A stretch of DNA of 64,000 nucleotides from a virus. Numbering within the stretch: position 1 is the first letter of the stretch; each line of letters begins with the position of its first letter. This document shows, in pieces, positions 1 through 9,929 of this stretch. Where the stretch lies: the IMG/VR virus record IMGVR_UViG_3300014720_002669; one strand, 5' to 3'. Below the pieces are notes generated by a model, which was not told the origin of the DNA, searched no databases, and was given only the letters and a program-made list of their open reading frames with translations. The position numbers and the translations under genes are program-made.

Positions 1-101
1 CTAAACCAGCACCAGCGGCACCTGCCACAGCTAAACCAGCACCAGCGGCACCTGCCACAGCTAAACCAGCACCAGCGGCACCTGCCACAGCTAAACCAGC
101 A
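1..101 (+). repeat. 30-bp coding tandem repeat (about 3.3 copies) encoding AKPAPAAPAT
   Basis: ctaaaccagcaccagcggcacctgccacag repeats at 1, 31 and 61, with a partial copy at 91; in frame with the ORF ending at 923. Confidence 0.95.
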
Positions 102-923
102 ACTCCCGGAATTGTGGTGCCAAATAATCCCAAAGGTATTGTCAGCAAAGCACAACTGGATCAATTTAGACAAGATTCTGGTAATCCCAATGCTACACTT
201 GGCCAGTTTATGAATCAACAACAAGGCAAGACGTTTCGCAAAGGCGGCGCCAATGATCCTGCTGTGATTGCAGCCAGACAAAAACAACCTGTCGGACCTC
301 CCGTGGACAGTCAAGCACAAACAGCAGGCGGTAAAAATGAATTGGCCAAAGTAGGAATCGCTGCTGGTAGTCCAGCACTACAACCTCAACAAGCGGCAGC
401 ACCAGCACCTGCTGCACCCGCTGCACCCGCTCTAAACAGCGGAAGTGCTTACACTGGCGGAGTAGGCGATGCACCTAATGACCCTGTAACAGCACCGGAA
501 GCACCAGCACCAGAAGCACCAGCACCAGAAGCACCAGCACCAAACAGCGGAAGTGCTTATACTGGCGGTGTTGGCAATGTTCCGGACTTTGGTGTAAGAG
601 GCACACCTATTCTTCCTTACGGTCAGGGATCACCAGTTGGTGGAACTACCAATGCAGTCACAAGAACTGACGCTGAGATTGGCGACACAAATCCAAGAAC
701 AGGTGTAGTGACTCCCGGCAGCTTTGACAAAAACAGAGCCCAAGGTGAGAAGAATTTACAAAGTCTTAAAAATTTCTTTGGCAGTAACAATCAACCAGCA
801 GCTCCTGCTGCCGCACCGCCGCCAGGCAATGCTGCTCCTCTAAGAGGACAATTTAAAGAATCAACTGGCATGCAGGATCCTGTGCTGGTCCGCATGCAGA
901 ATCTGGCCGGAATCCGCCGATGA
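1..923 (+). CDS. Pro/Ala-rich low-complexity protein, 5'-truncated by the window edge (probable virion-associated protein)
   Basis: Frame open from position 3; APEAP repeats; duplicated NSGSAYTGGVG; C-terminal RMQNLAGI motif. Confidence 0.7.
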   Translation, partial: KPAPAAPATAKPAPAAPATAKPAPAAPATAKPATPGIVVPNNPKGIVSKAQLDQFRQDSGNPNATLGQFMNQQQGKTFRKGGANDPAVIAARQKQPVGPPVDSQAQTAGGKNELAKVGIAAGSPALQPQQAAAPAPAAPAAPALNSGSAYTGGVGDAPNDPVTAPEAPAPEAPAPEAPAPNSGSAYTGGVGNVPDFGVRGTPILPYGQGSPVGGTTNAVTRTDAEIGDTNPRTGVVTPGSFDKNRAQGEKNLQSLKNFFGSNNQPAAPAAAPPPGNAAPLRGQFKESTGMQDPVLVRMQNLAGIRR

Positions 924-1249
924 AAATACGTGAAGTGGCCGAGGACGTTGACAGCAACCGGCTACTGGGCTTGGTTGATTTTTTGGCGCATCGTGCAGAA
1001 GATGAAAATGCTACCAAACAAATCAGCCAGGATGCCTTTATCAATGCTGCTCGCAGTCTGGGCATTCCCATAAACAAAAACAACATCGGTGATGCCATTT
1101 CCAGAGAGCCCTTGAGTAATTTGTTGGAACCCCTGGACCCAACAACCGGTCAAATCACCTTCAAAGGTGCAGGCATAGGACCAACTGCCATGCCAGTCAA
1201 TCAAGCTCAGGACATTGTGGCAGCCGCTGCCAAACGTGCAATGAAATAA
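920..1249 (+). CDS. hypothetical phage protein
   Basis: ATGA overlap with the upstream ORF; MKIREV start. Confidence 0.75.
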   Translation: MKIREVAEDVDSNRLLGLVDFLAHRAEDENATKQISQDAFINAARSLGIPINKNNIGDAISREPLSNLLEPLDPTTGQITFKGAGIGPTAMPVNQAQDIVAAAAKRAMK

Positions 1250-1255
1250 CACTGG

Positions 1256-1284
1256 TTGACAGCCAGTGCAGAAAAGTGTAAAAT
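1256..1284 (+). promoter_or_regulatory. sigma70-type promoter of iscU
   Basis: TTGACA-N17-TAAAAT. Confidence 0.7.
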
Positions 1285-1314
1285 TGTTGTCAAGCATGCC
1301 AAAGTGAGGTAAAA

Positions 1315-1686
1315 ATGGCCTATTCAGAAAAAGTAATTGATCACTATGAAAATCCACGCAATGTGGGCAAGTTTGAAATTGACGACACTGTTGGCACCGG
1401 CATGGTGGGAGCGCCAGCCTGTGGCGATGTGATGAAATTGCAAATCAAAGTACAAGATGGAATTATTACAGATGCCAGGTTCAAAACATACGGATGCGGA
1501 AGTGCGATTGCCTCATCCTCTCTTGTTACCGAGTGGGTTAAAGGACGAACGCTTGACGAGGCCGCAGCTCTTAAAAATTCAGAGATTGCTCAAGAACTCG
1601 CACTGCCACCAGTCAAGATTCATTGTTCTATTCTTGCTGAAGATGCTATAAAAGCCGCTGTAGAAGATTATAAGAAAAAACATTAA
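1315..1686 (+). CDS. iscU: Fe-S cluster scaffold IscU
   Basis: MAYSEKVIDHYENPRNVG, GAPACGDVM, KTYGCGSAIASSS, LPPVKIHCS. Confidence 0.97.
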   Translation: MAYSEKVIDHYENPRNVGKFEIDDTVGTGMVGAPACGDVMKLQIKVQDGIITDARFKTYGCGSAIASSSLVTEWVKGRTLDEAAALKNSEIAQELALPPVKIHCSILAEDAIKAAVEDYKKKH

Positions 1687-1687
1687 C

Positions 1688-3430
1688 ATGTTCACATCTG
1701 TGAAGACTCTCGACACAGTTGAATTTGATTTGTGTGTTGATGCTCCAAAAAACAAATGTAAAATACTATTCTATCACGCCGGCGGCACGTTTGCTGGCCA
1801 CACAGCCTGGCTGTATCCAGCTGTGCTGCAATTAAAAACATATATTGATTTGTTTTATAAAAATGTTGCTGATCAACTGGAATGGTTGGTTCCCGTACAA
1901 CAAGAAATGTCAGATGACGAATTAATTCGACATATTGAACAAACTGATGTAAATGTATTGTGTACCAGCCATTACCTTTGGAATCATGCGTTTTTAACAG
2001 CCCAACTATCTCGCATCAAAAACAAGCTAAAACACAATGTCAGGGTGGTAGCTGGAGGTCCTAGCATTGACGTCAACAATAATCACAATTTTTTTGAACA
2101 ATACCCTTACATTGACTATGCAGTGTACGGTGCTGGAGAACAAGCATTTGCAGACATAGTCAGTCACTTGGTATCTAATAGACCCTTGATTGCATTCAAC
2201 ACATCAAACTGCGCTTGGAAAAATCACAACACTGGAAAACCTATTGTTGCTGATTACAAGTTTGTAAAAATGATAGAGACCAGTCCTTTTGTACACAACA
2301 AAGAATTGTTTTCTGCCATGGTGACAGATGCCAAGAAAAAAAATATTTCAGTCTGGTTACCTTACACTATCACCAGAGGATGCCCGTATTCTTGTACGTT
2401 CTGTGATTGGAACAGCGGACTTGGCAACAAGGTATCAAGAAGAAAAAATACGTATCAACAAGAAATTAATTTATTTCAGCAACTTGGGACTACTAACATC
2501 TATCTGTCAGACGCCAATGTTGGGCAGTATGACGAAGATGTTGAAATGATAGAATATTTTGGACAGAAAAATTTACAAGAGAATGCTGGTTTTCATGTAG
2601 GCGGCAATTTTAGTAAGCTGAAAAAAGATAACAATTTAAAAATTTTTCATATCATGTCTCGCACTGGGTTAGCAAGCAAAACTTTGAATTTTTCCATACA
2701 AGACACCAACCACGAAGTATTAAAAAATATCAACCGGCCTGACGTTGGATGGGACGTACATTTGTCCATGGCCAATGAACTGCAAAAAACATATCCTCAT
2801 CAAGTTATAAAAGGTCAATTAATCTACGGATTGCCCGGACAGACTGTTGCCTCCTGGAGGCAGACTCTAGAACAAGTAACTCAAGCCAACATTTTACCAG
2901 TTATTTTTTTAAACGAGCCTTTGCCGGCTAGTCCAGCCATTTATGATCCTGAATATCAAAACAAATTTAAATTTGAATATTTACAAAGCAACAGAATACT
3001 CATTGACAAGATATATTCAAGCCTAATTCCAAAAAAAAGCAGTTCTTTTGATCAGTCTGATTTGGTGCATATGAATTTGTTGAATGCAGTGTACTTTGCA
3101 TTGGCAGTGATAAATCTTGCATTAACCGAATACAATTTCAAACGCATTGACATATCAACAGTAGTTGATGATTATGTGACTACATCTAATTATCAAAATC
3201 TCTATAACAATCTTTATCATAACTGGACTGTGAATAATAATTTTTACTACACAATAGATTACAGCGGCAATGAATGTTTGATAGAAATTCAACTGCTCTT
3301 ACACGACCAAGAATTCTTAAAGTATGTGTTGTCGGTGTTGCCTAAAAATCAAAAAAGTGAAGTTTCAAAATTAGTATTCAAAAATACATTTCCTAAATTT
3401 TTAGCAGAAATATCAAAAGACATTGATTAA
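1688..3430 (+). CDS. B12-binding-domain radical SAM protein
   Basis: N-terminal B12-binding-like region (VVAGGP, YGAGE); TRGCPYSCTFCDW CxxxCxxC motif; IYGLPGQT. Confidence 0.85.
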   Translation: MFTSVKTLDTVEFDLCVDAPKNKCKILFYHAGGTFAGHTAWLYPAVLQLKTYIDLFYKNVADQLEWLVPVQQEMSDDELIRHIEQTDVNVLCTSHYLWNHAFLTAQLSRIKNKLKHNVRVVAGGPSIDVNNNHNFFEQYPYIDYAVYGAGEQAFADIVSHLVSNRPLIAFNTSNCAWKNHNTGKPIVADYKFVKMIETSPFVHNKELFSAMVTDAKKKNISVWLPYTITRGCPYSCTFCDWNSGLGNKVSRRKNTYQQEINLFQQLGTTNIYLSDANVGQYDEDVEMIEYFGQKNLQENAGFHVGGNFSKLKKDNNLKIFHIMSRTGLASKTLNFSIQDTNHEVLKNINRPDVGWDVHLSMANELQKTYPHQVIKGQLIYGLPGQTVASWRQTLEQVTQANILPVIFLNEPLPASPAIYDPEYQNKFKFEYLQSNRILIDKIYSSLIPKKSSSFDQSDLVHMNLLNAVYFALAVINLALTEYNFKRIDISTVVDDYVTTSNYQNLYNNLYHNWTVNNNFYYTIDYSGNECLIEIQLLLHDQEFLKYVLSVLPKNQKSEVSKLVFKNTFPKFLAEISKDID

Positions 3431-3438
3431 ATAGTTGC

Positions 3439-3762
3439 ATGATAACCATAACTGAACAAGCGCAATCTAAAATACAAAAATTGGTAACAACCAAAGGCTA
3501 TGCTGGTATACGATTGGGTGTGAAAACCACAGGTTGCTCAGGGCTTGCTTATGTGTTGGAATATGTTAAAGAATATAAACCAGATGACAGCACTATAAAT
3601 TATGCTCAGAATGATTTCTGTGTGGTAGTCGACAAAAAACATGATGTGTACTTGAAAGGAACTCAAGTAGACTATGTACGCCAAGGCCTCAATGAAGGCT
3701 TTGAATTTACCAATCCCAATGAACGTGACCGCTGCGGTTGCGGAGAAAGTTTTAGAGTTTAA
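3439..3762 (+). CDS. iscA: A-type Fe-S carrier IscA
   Basis: GIRLGVKTTGCSGLAY; NPNERDRCGCGESF. Confidence 0.96.
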   Translation: MITITEQAQSKIQKLVTTKGYAGIRLGVKTTGCSGLAYVLEYVKEYKPDDSTINYAQNDFCVVVDKKHDVYLKGTQVDYVRQGLNEGFEFTNPNERDRCGCGESFRV

Positions 3763-3764
3763 CA

Positions 3765-4481
3765 TTGTACAATCCAAAATTTAACTATCAGCCCATTGCC
3801 CGGCAAAATGTCAACGGCCGTAGACTGTATGCCACACCCGATGGTAACAAATTGCCCAGTGTAACCACAATACTGGATGCCACAAAAAGTGAAGAGAGCA
3901 AACGTGCCTTGCAGAACTGGCGCAACAGTATTGGGTCAGAAAAAGCACAAGCTATTACAACAGAAGCAGCCAATCGTGGCACCCGCATGCACACTTATCT
4001 TGAACAGTATGTTCGAGATGGGGTGATCAAAGAGCGTGGCTCAAATCCGTTTTCATGGGCCAGCCATGCCATGGCACACACTGTGGTAGAACATGGCCTG
4101 AAGAACGTGAGTGAATTTTGGGGCATTGAAGTGCCGCTGTATTTTCCCAAGATCTACGCAGGCACCACAGATGGCGCGGGCATACATCAGAACGAAGAGG
4201 CCATCCTGGACTACAAACAAACCAACAAACCCAAACGACGAGAGTGGATTGATGATTACTTTGTGCAATTGTGTGCCTATGCAGAAGCCCACAACGAACT
4301 ACACGGTACACGGATACGAAAAGGCGTGGTCTTGATGTGCGTCAAGCCCACTGTAGACGAACAAATGAACATGGTCACACAGCCAGAATACCAAGAATTT
4401 GTGCTAGAAGGCAGCGAGTTTGATCGGTATCGGGACTTGTGGTGGAAAAAGGTCGAACAGTATTACTTGCTAAATATGTGA
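3765..4481 (+). CDS. PD-(D/E)XK exonuclease-like protein
   Basis: PSVTTIL, RGTRMH, EVPLY, YAGTTD, LDYKQ, QLCAYA. Confidence 0.85.
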   Translation: MYNPKFNYQPIARQNVNGRRLYATPDGNKLPSVTTILDATKSEESKRALQNWRNSIGSEKAQAITTEAANRGTRMHTYLEQYVRDGVIKERGSNPFSWASHAMAHTVVEHGLKNVSEFWGIEVPLYFPKIYAGTTDGAGIHQNEEAILDYKQTNKPKRREWIDDYFVQLCAYAEAHNELHGTRIRKGVVLMCVKPTVDEQMNMVTQPEYQEFVLEGSEFDRYRDLWWKKVEQYYLLNM

Positions 4482-4500
4482 TACCTCAAGGAATCACACT

Positions 4501-6252
4501 GTGGCAATTGTACAAATATCAAGAATCACCGCCCGCAAGGGTTTGACTGAAGACCTACCACAGCCCTTGGCTGGCGCTGAGCTGGGCTGGGCAACTGACG
4601 AACGCAGACTTTTCATCGGCAATGGTGAACTTGCAGATGGCGCACCCATTGTGGGCAACACTGAAGTATTGACTGAATTCTCAGACATTTTGAGTTTTGC
4701 CGGACAGTACATCTATCAAGGGCAAGCCGCTGGATACACTGTGCAGACCGGAGCCACCACCGGATCGCCAGTGTCGCAAAGTATTCAAAGTAGACTAGAC
4801 AGCTATGCCATAGTCACAGATTTTGGTGCCACGGGCGACGGACAAACAGATGACACTGCTGCTATAAATCGAGCGTTGTTTCAACTGTATTGTGTACAAA
4901 ACAATACTCAGGTTCGACGAAGCTTGTTTTTTCCTGCAGGACGTTACATTATAACTGACACCATTTTGGTTCCTGCCTTTGCCAAACTGTATGGTGAAGG
5001 CGGCGCCAGTTCAATCATTGATTTCAATGTGCAGAATTGGGCGGCCAACACTGCTTATGTGGCAGGAGTGCTGGTGTACGATGTTGCAAATGCTGTGTAT
5101 AGACGCAGCTTGGTACCAGTGCCGGCCACTGGTATTTTGACCACTGACCCAGTGTACTGGGCTACAGAATCATTGCCCAGTTATATGATGCGCACAGCTG
5201 ACAGCTTGCAACAAACAGGGGTCAACATTGCTACCAATGGTGCCACACCACCAGAAAACATACAGGTCAGCGAAATGGGAATCACCAGCAATCAAGTGTT
5301 GAATGGTATCCTGATTGAAACTGCCAGCAATTGTGATTTTGACAGTGTCAACATAACAGGACCATTGACCACCAATGAGCTCAATGCAGCTGGCGACGAC
5401 ACTGCTGCCATACGCTGGGCCAGCACAGTCAGTTTGACCTGCGAGCATGTGAATTGGAACAATTGTGTGTTTTCTGGATTCACGTTTGGTACCAAAACAG
5501 ATCAACAGATCAAGGGTGTGGTATTTGCCAACTGTGTGTTTGACACACTGTATCAAGGTGTGGTCTTGGGAGACACTGTAGTGGTATCAGGTGGTGCCAC
5601 CGGAGTCAAGCTCATGCACTGCATATTTGACAACATCTACGTGGAAGGATTCATATGCAACAATGTGAGCTTGAATGCATCTGCCTACAATATTTTTTAT
5701 GATGTAGGCAACCATTTCAATGGAGCTTCACTGCCTGCCAGTCCGGTTATTTTGATCAATGCTGACAACAACGTCAGCATTGGCGACATGTTTCAACGAA
5801 ACACCGCACAATCAATAGTATATCCCAGAATCAAACTGTTCAATTCTACCACCAGCACTGTGCCTGCCAGTATCGGCGTAGACAGTGCTGTGAGATCACA
5901 ACTGGGCAGTTATGTTAGAAACACTGGTGTGCAAGCCACCTTGGCTCAAAGCGCCAGCAATGCTACCTTGTTTACTATAAGTTCAACATACATCAAAGCC
6001 TTCAAAATGGATTACACAATCACTCGAGACACATCAGTGCGCACTGGTACATTGACTGTGGCCAATGATGCTGATGATTCAGCAGGAGATGGACTGAGTT
6101 ACAGTGACGATTTTGTACAAAACTCAGATCCAGATGTAACATTGGCAGTGACAGATGTGGGTACTAACATGACTGTGACGTACTCAACCGACAGTGTACG
6201 TCCTGCTGGATTGATATACTATAGTGTGGTCTACCTTGGACTCAGCAGCTGA
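4501..6252 (+). CDS. tailspike/tail fibre with N-terminal trimerisation region and pectate-lyase-like beta-helix
   Basis: LAGAELGWATDERRLFIGNG N-terminus; VTDFGATGDGQTDDTAAINRA..FFPAGRY; repeated NCVF turns. Confidence 0.8.
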   Translation: MAIVQISRITARKGLTEDLPQPLAGAELGWATDERRLFIGNGELADGAPIVGNTEVLTEFSDILSFAGQYIYQGQAAGYTVQTGATTGSPVSQSIQSRLDSYAIVTDFGATGDGQTDDTAAINRALFQLYCVQNNTQVRRSLFFPAGRYIITDTILVPAFAKLYGEGGASSIIDFNVQNWAANTAYVAGVLVYDVANAVYRRSLVPVPATGILTTDPVYWATESLPSYMMRTADSLQQTGVNIATNGATPPENIQVSEMGITSNQVLNGILIETASNCDFDSVNITGPLTTNELNAAGDDTAAIRWASTVSLTCEHVNWNNCVFSGFTFGTKTDQQIKGVVFANCVFDTLYQGVVLGDTVVVSGGATGVKLMHCIFDNIYVEGFICNNVSLNASAYNIFYDVGNHFNGASLPASPVILINADNNVSIGDMFQRNTAQSIVYPRIKLFNSTTSTVPASIGVDSAVRSQLGSYVRNTGVQATLAQSASNATLFTISSTYIKAFKMDYTITRDTSVRTGTLTVANDADDSAGDGLSYSDDFVQNSDPDVTLAVTDVGTNMTVTYSTDSVRPAGLIYYSVVYLGLSS

Positions 6253-6258
6253 TACAAC

Positions 6259-6684
6259 ATGTGGCCTAGAGATTTCAGTGAGCGGCTGGAGAGGTGGGCA
6301 CAGTTAAGACAGCAATGTCAGACACTGCACTCGGAGCCTGCTTTGATCAAAATCAATACCTGGTGGTTCCAGACTCCTTGGACTGCTTATCATTTGCACT
6401 GGGACGACCAAGCGGATTGGCCAGATCCCTGGCAGTTGTTGAGTGACAACCAGTATTGTCCGGTTGCAAGAGGCTTGGGAATCATGTATACTATAGCTAT
6501 GCTAGACCGTGAAGACCTGCAAGATGCTTGCATGATTGAGTATCAAAGCGACAATTTAGTCCTGGTCAACAAAGAGAAATATATACTGAATTGGGATCCT
6601 GATCAAGTCGTAAATATCAGCCTGGGGCGGTCAAAACCCCGGCGGCGTGTCAGTCAAGAACAAGTAAAACAAAAAATTCGTTAG
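6259..6684 (+). CDS. hypothetical phage protein
   Basis: Fills the gap between the tailspike gene and nrdA; WPDPWQLL motif. Confidence 0.7.
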   Translation: MWPRDFSERLERWAQLRQQCQTLHSEPALIKINTWWFQTPWTAYHLHWDDQADWPDPWQLLSDNQYCPVARGLGIMYTIAMLDREDLQDACMIEYQSDNLVLVNKEKYILNWDPDQVVNISLGRSKPRRRVSQEQVKQKIR

Positions 6685-6690
6685 GATAAA

Positions 6691-9012
6691 ATGAAAAGCA
6701 TCACAGTTGTCAAGCGCAGTGGGCGCAGAGAATCGCTCGCCTTGGAAAAATGGCAAACCCAAATTGCCAAAGTATGTGCAGGCATAGCAGACGTTAGCCA
6801 AAGCATGGTAGAGATCAAAGCACAGTTGCACTTTTATGATGGTATTACCACCAAGGAAATTGACGGTATTACCCTACGTGCCATTGTGGATCTAATTGAC
6901 GTGGAATCAAACCCTGATGTGGGGCACACCAACTATCAGTATGTGGCAGGCAAACAACGACTCAGCATGCTACGCAAAGACGTATACGGGTCATACGATC
7001 CTCCTCACTTGTATGACATTGTGAAAACCAACGTGGCCTCTGGCCTGTACACTCCTGAACTCCTAGAGTGGTACTCAGAGGACGACTGGAATCGTATGCA
7101 TGACATGATTGATCATGCCAAGGATGAATCATACAGTTATGCCGCAGTAGAGCAGTTGATTGAAAAATATCTAGTAAAGAATCGTAGCACAGGGCAAACA
7201 TATGAAACTCCGCAAGTTAGATACATGGTGGCCGCTGCCACTGTATTCCATAAAGAAGAACCTAACACAGCTCGCATGCGCTATATCAAAGAATACTACA
7301 CAGCAGCCAGCGACGGACTCTTCACTCTGGCCACACCTGTGTTGGCTGGGCTTGGTACTCCTACTAAGCAGTTTAGCAGTTGTGTTCTTATTAGATCAGA
7401 CGATGATCTCGATAGCATATTTGCCAGCGGTGAGATGATGGCTAAATATGCCAGCAAACGTGCTGGTATTGGTTTGGAGATTGGACGCTTACGACCACTA
7501 GGCTCACCCATTCGCGGTGGCGAGATCATGCACACTGGTATGATTCCTTTCCTTAAGAAATGGTTTGGCGATCTACGCTCATGTTCACAAGGAGGTATTA
7601 GAAATGCTTCGGCTACGGTTTTTTATCCCATATGGCATCTGCAGTTTGATGACCTCATTGTTCTCAAGAACAACCAAGGTACAGAAGAGACCCGGGTACG
7701 ACACATGGATTATGGTGTCGTGTTATCTGCATTCTTCTGGCGTCGCTTTAAGAACAAGGAGAACATTACGTTCTTCGACCCCAATCAAGTACCTGACCTT
7801 TATGAAGCCTTCTATAAAGACACTGCCCTTTTTGAAACACTATACGTAAAATACGAAAAAGACAGCAGCCTCCGTAAGAAAACGATGGCTGCGGAGGAAG
7901 TTTTCAAAAGTGGTATTCTCAAGGAACGAACCGATACTGGACGTATCTATCTAGTGTTCATTGACAATGTGATGGACCAAGGACCATTTGATCCTGAATA
8001 TCACACCATTTACCAAAGCAATCTCTGCTGTGAAATCCTGTTGCCCACCCGACCTTTCCGGCGTCTTGACGATGAGGAAGGTCGTATTGCATTGTGTACA
8101 TTGGGGTCAATCAACTGGGGTGCGTTCCGTCACCCCGAAGACATGCGCAGAGCCTGTCGCATCCTGCAACGCAGCTTGTGTAACATTCTTGACTATCAGG
8201 ACTTCTTGAGCATTCAAAGTCAACTCAGCAACGATGAAATCCAACCACTTGGTATTGGCATTACCAACTTGGCCTACTGGCACGCCAAGCGCGGACTAGA
8301 GTATGGCGAAACGGATGCCCTGTCAGAAGTCAAGTCTTGGATGGAGCACCAGGCATACTACCTGACCGAAGCCACAGTGGAACTGGCCCGAGAACGTGGT
8401 CGTTGTAAGGACAGCGACAAGACACGTTACGGCAAAGGTATCTTCCCGTGGGAACTACGTGCCAAGGGTGTCAACGAGTTAACAGACTTCACATCTGATC
8501 CTGCACTGGATTGGAACACCTTGCGTGGCAACATGCGAGCATACGGTGTGCGCAATGCCACCTTGATGGCAGTGGCACCGGTGGAGAGTAGTTCAGTTGT
8601 GATCAACTCAACCAACGGCATTGAAATGCCCATGAGCTTGATCTCAGTCAAAGAATCAAAAGCAGGCAGTCTCACACAAGTGGTGCCTGAATATCACAAG
8701 TTGAAAAACCGATATCAATTAATGTGGGCGCAGAAGGATTGTGTTGGCTATTTGAAAACAGCCGCGGTGTTGGCAGCATACATTGATCAGTCAATATCAA
8801 CCAACACATTCTACAATCCTGCACACTTTGCAGATCGTAAAGTGCCCACTACGTTGATTGCTAAGAATTTAATGCAAGCACACCACTGGGGCATCAAGAC
8901 ATTTTACTACAGCCTGATCAACAAGCAAGGCTCCAAAGCAGCCAAAGAAGAAGCACCATTAGAAGTCATAGACTTTGATGATGCGGAAGACTGCGAATCT
9001 TGTAAACTGTAA
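6691..9012 (+). CDS. nrdA: class Ia ribonucleotide reductase alpha subunit with ATP cone
   Basis: VVKRSG ATP cone, QFSSCVL, SNLCCEI, LCTLGSIN, C-terminal CESC. Confidence 0.98.
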   Translation: MKSITVVKRSGRRESLALEKWQTQIAKVCAGIADVSQSMVEIKAQLHFYDGITTKEIDGITLRAIVDLIDVESNPDVGHTNYQYVAGKQRLSMLRKDVYGSYDPPHLYDIVKTNVASGLYTPELLEWYSEDDWNRMHDMIDHAKDESYSYAAVEQLIEKYLVKNRSTGQTYETPQVRYMVAAATVFHKEEPNTARMRYIKEYYTAASDGLFTLATPVLAGLGTPTKQFSSCVLIRSDDDLDSIFASGEMMAKYASKRAGIGLEIGRLRPLGSPIRGGEIMHTGMIPFLKKWFGDLRSCSQGGIRNASATVFYPIWHLQFDDLIVLKNNQGTEETRVRHMDYGVVLSAFFWRRFKNKENITFFDPNQVPDLYEAFYKDTALFETLYVKYEKDSSLRKKTMAAEEVFKSGILKERTDTGRIYLVFIDNVMDQGPFDPEYHTIYQSNLCCEILLPTRPFRRLDDEEGRIALCTLGSINWGAFRHPEDMRRACRILQRSLCNILDYQDFLSIQSQLSNDEIQPLGIGITNLAYWHAKRGLEYGETDALSEVKSWMEHQAYYLTEATVELARERGRCKDSDKTRYGKGIFPWELRAKGVNELTDFTSDPALDWNTLRGNMRAYGVRNATLMAVAPVESSSVVINSTNGIEMPMSLISVKESKAGSLTQVVPEYHKLKNRYQLMWAQKDCVGYLKTAAVLAAYIDQSISTNTFYNPAHFADRKVPTTLIAKNLMQAHHWGIKTFYYSLINKQGSKAAKEEAPLEVIDFDDAEDCESCKL

Positions 9013-9014
9013 TC

Positions 9015-9929
9015 ATGGAATTCTTAGATCGCGTTGATTTTGAAAATCACAATGGGGTATATCTCTCCATGCTAAATGATGTTGCCCGTAATCAGTTCTA
9101 CGATCAAGTATTAACCCAAGTTCGTGATCATGATTGTGTAGAGATTGGCTTTGGTACAGGCTTGTTGAGCATGCTGGCCTTGAAGCACGGTGCTCGTAGC
9201 ATTGTGGCCTACGAGTCAGACCCTGATCGTTATCGCCTGGGCTGTGAAGTAATCAGGGTACTAAGCCTGCAAGATCGCATCACCTTGATCAATCAACGCT
9301 ATGATCATACCTGTAAACATGACCAAACAGTGGTGTTCACAGAAACGGTGGATGACAACATCTGGGGAGAAGGGCTCTACGACAGTTTGCCTAGACAGCC
9401 AGGCCAGCAATTTTTGCCTGGACAGTATTTTTTTGAAATACACGCTGTGCCGATATCCGCAGACATTGCTAACAGTTTGATTCAAGCACATGAAGAACAT
9501 CATTTCTCTCCAGGAGTGGACATTGATTCTCGGTTTGTGTCATATGTTAATTTGTTGCTGTCAAAGAAATACAATAAATCAATCAAACCAAAAGCAAGTT
9601 TGCCCGATGGTGTCACAGAACTAGCACCCATGCCAACCTACATAGACTGGGTCACCAACAACACCTATGCTGGTCGATATGTGGTTGATGCCAATGGGGC
9701 ATTTGTAGACAATCCCGTTAAAGAACTTCAAGTAGAAACATTCAATCAACCAGTGTTGATCGTGCCCAGAGCAGGCATGCAACACAGCAGTGATAGACTT
9801 TACTTGGATACCGGGCATTGGAAACCATCAGCAAACCCTGCTGTGATAAACTCTCCCAACAGCCGAGTATTAGTGGAACACGATCTCCGCACAGGAAAAA
9901 TCTCATATAAAATAAAGGAAAAAACATGA
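9015..9929 (+). CDS. SAM-dependent methyltransferase, PRMT-like
   Basis: SMLNDVARN; VEIGFGTGLLS; IVAYE; double-E-like TETVDDNIWGEG; THW-like GHWK. Confidence 0.75.
   Translation: MEFLDRVDFENHNGVYLSMLNDVARNQFYDQVLTQVRDHDCVEIGFGTGLLSMLALKHGARSIVAYESDPDRYRLGCEVIRVLSLQDRITLINQRYDHTCKHDQTVVFTETVDDNIWGEGLYDSLPRQPGQQFLPGQYFFEIHAVPISADIANSLIQAHEEHHFSPGVDIDSRFVSYVNLLLSKKYNKSIKPKASLPDGVTELAPMPTYIDWVTNNTYAGRYVVDANGAFVDNPVKELQVETFNQPVLIVPRAGMQHSSDRLYLDTGHWKPSANPAVINSPNSRVLVEHDLRTGKISYKIKEKT

Noticed and set aside
1-101. 30-bp direct repeats as a CRISPR array
   Set aside because: No spacers; the repeats are contiguous and in frame within a Pro/Ala-rich CDS.
3765-4481. Cas4 or CRISPR adaptation gene
   Set aside because: It lacks the Cas4 four-Cys cluster pattern and there are no cas genes or array; it is an ordinary phage PD-(D/E)XK nuclease.
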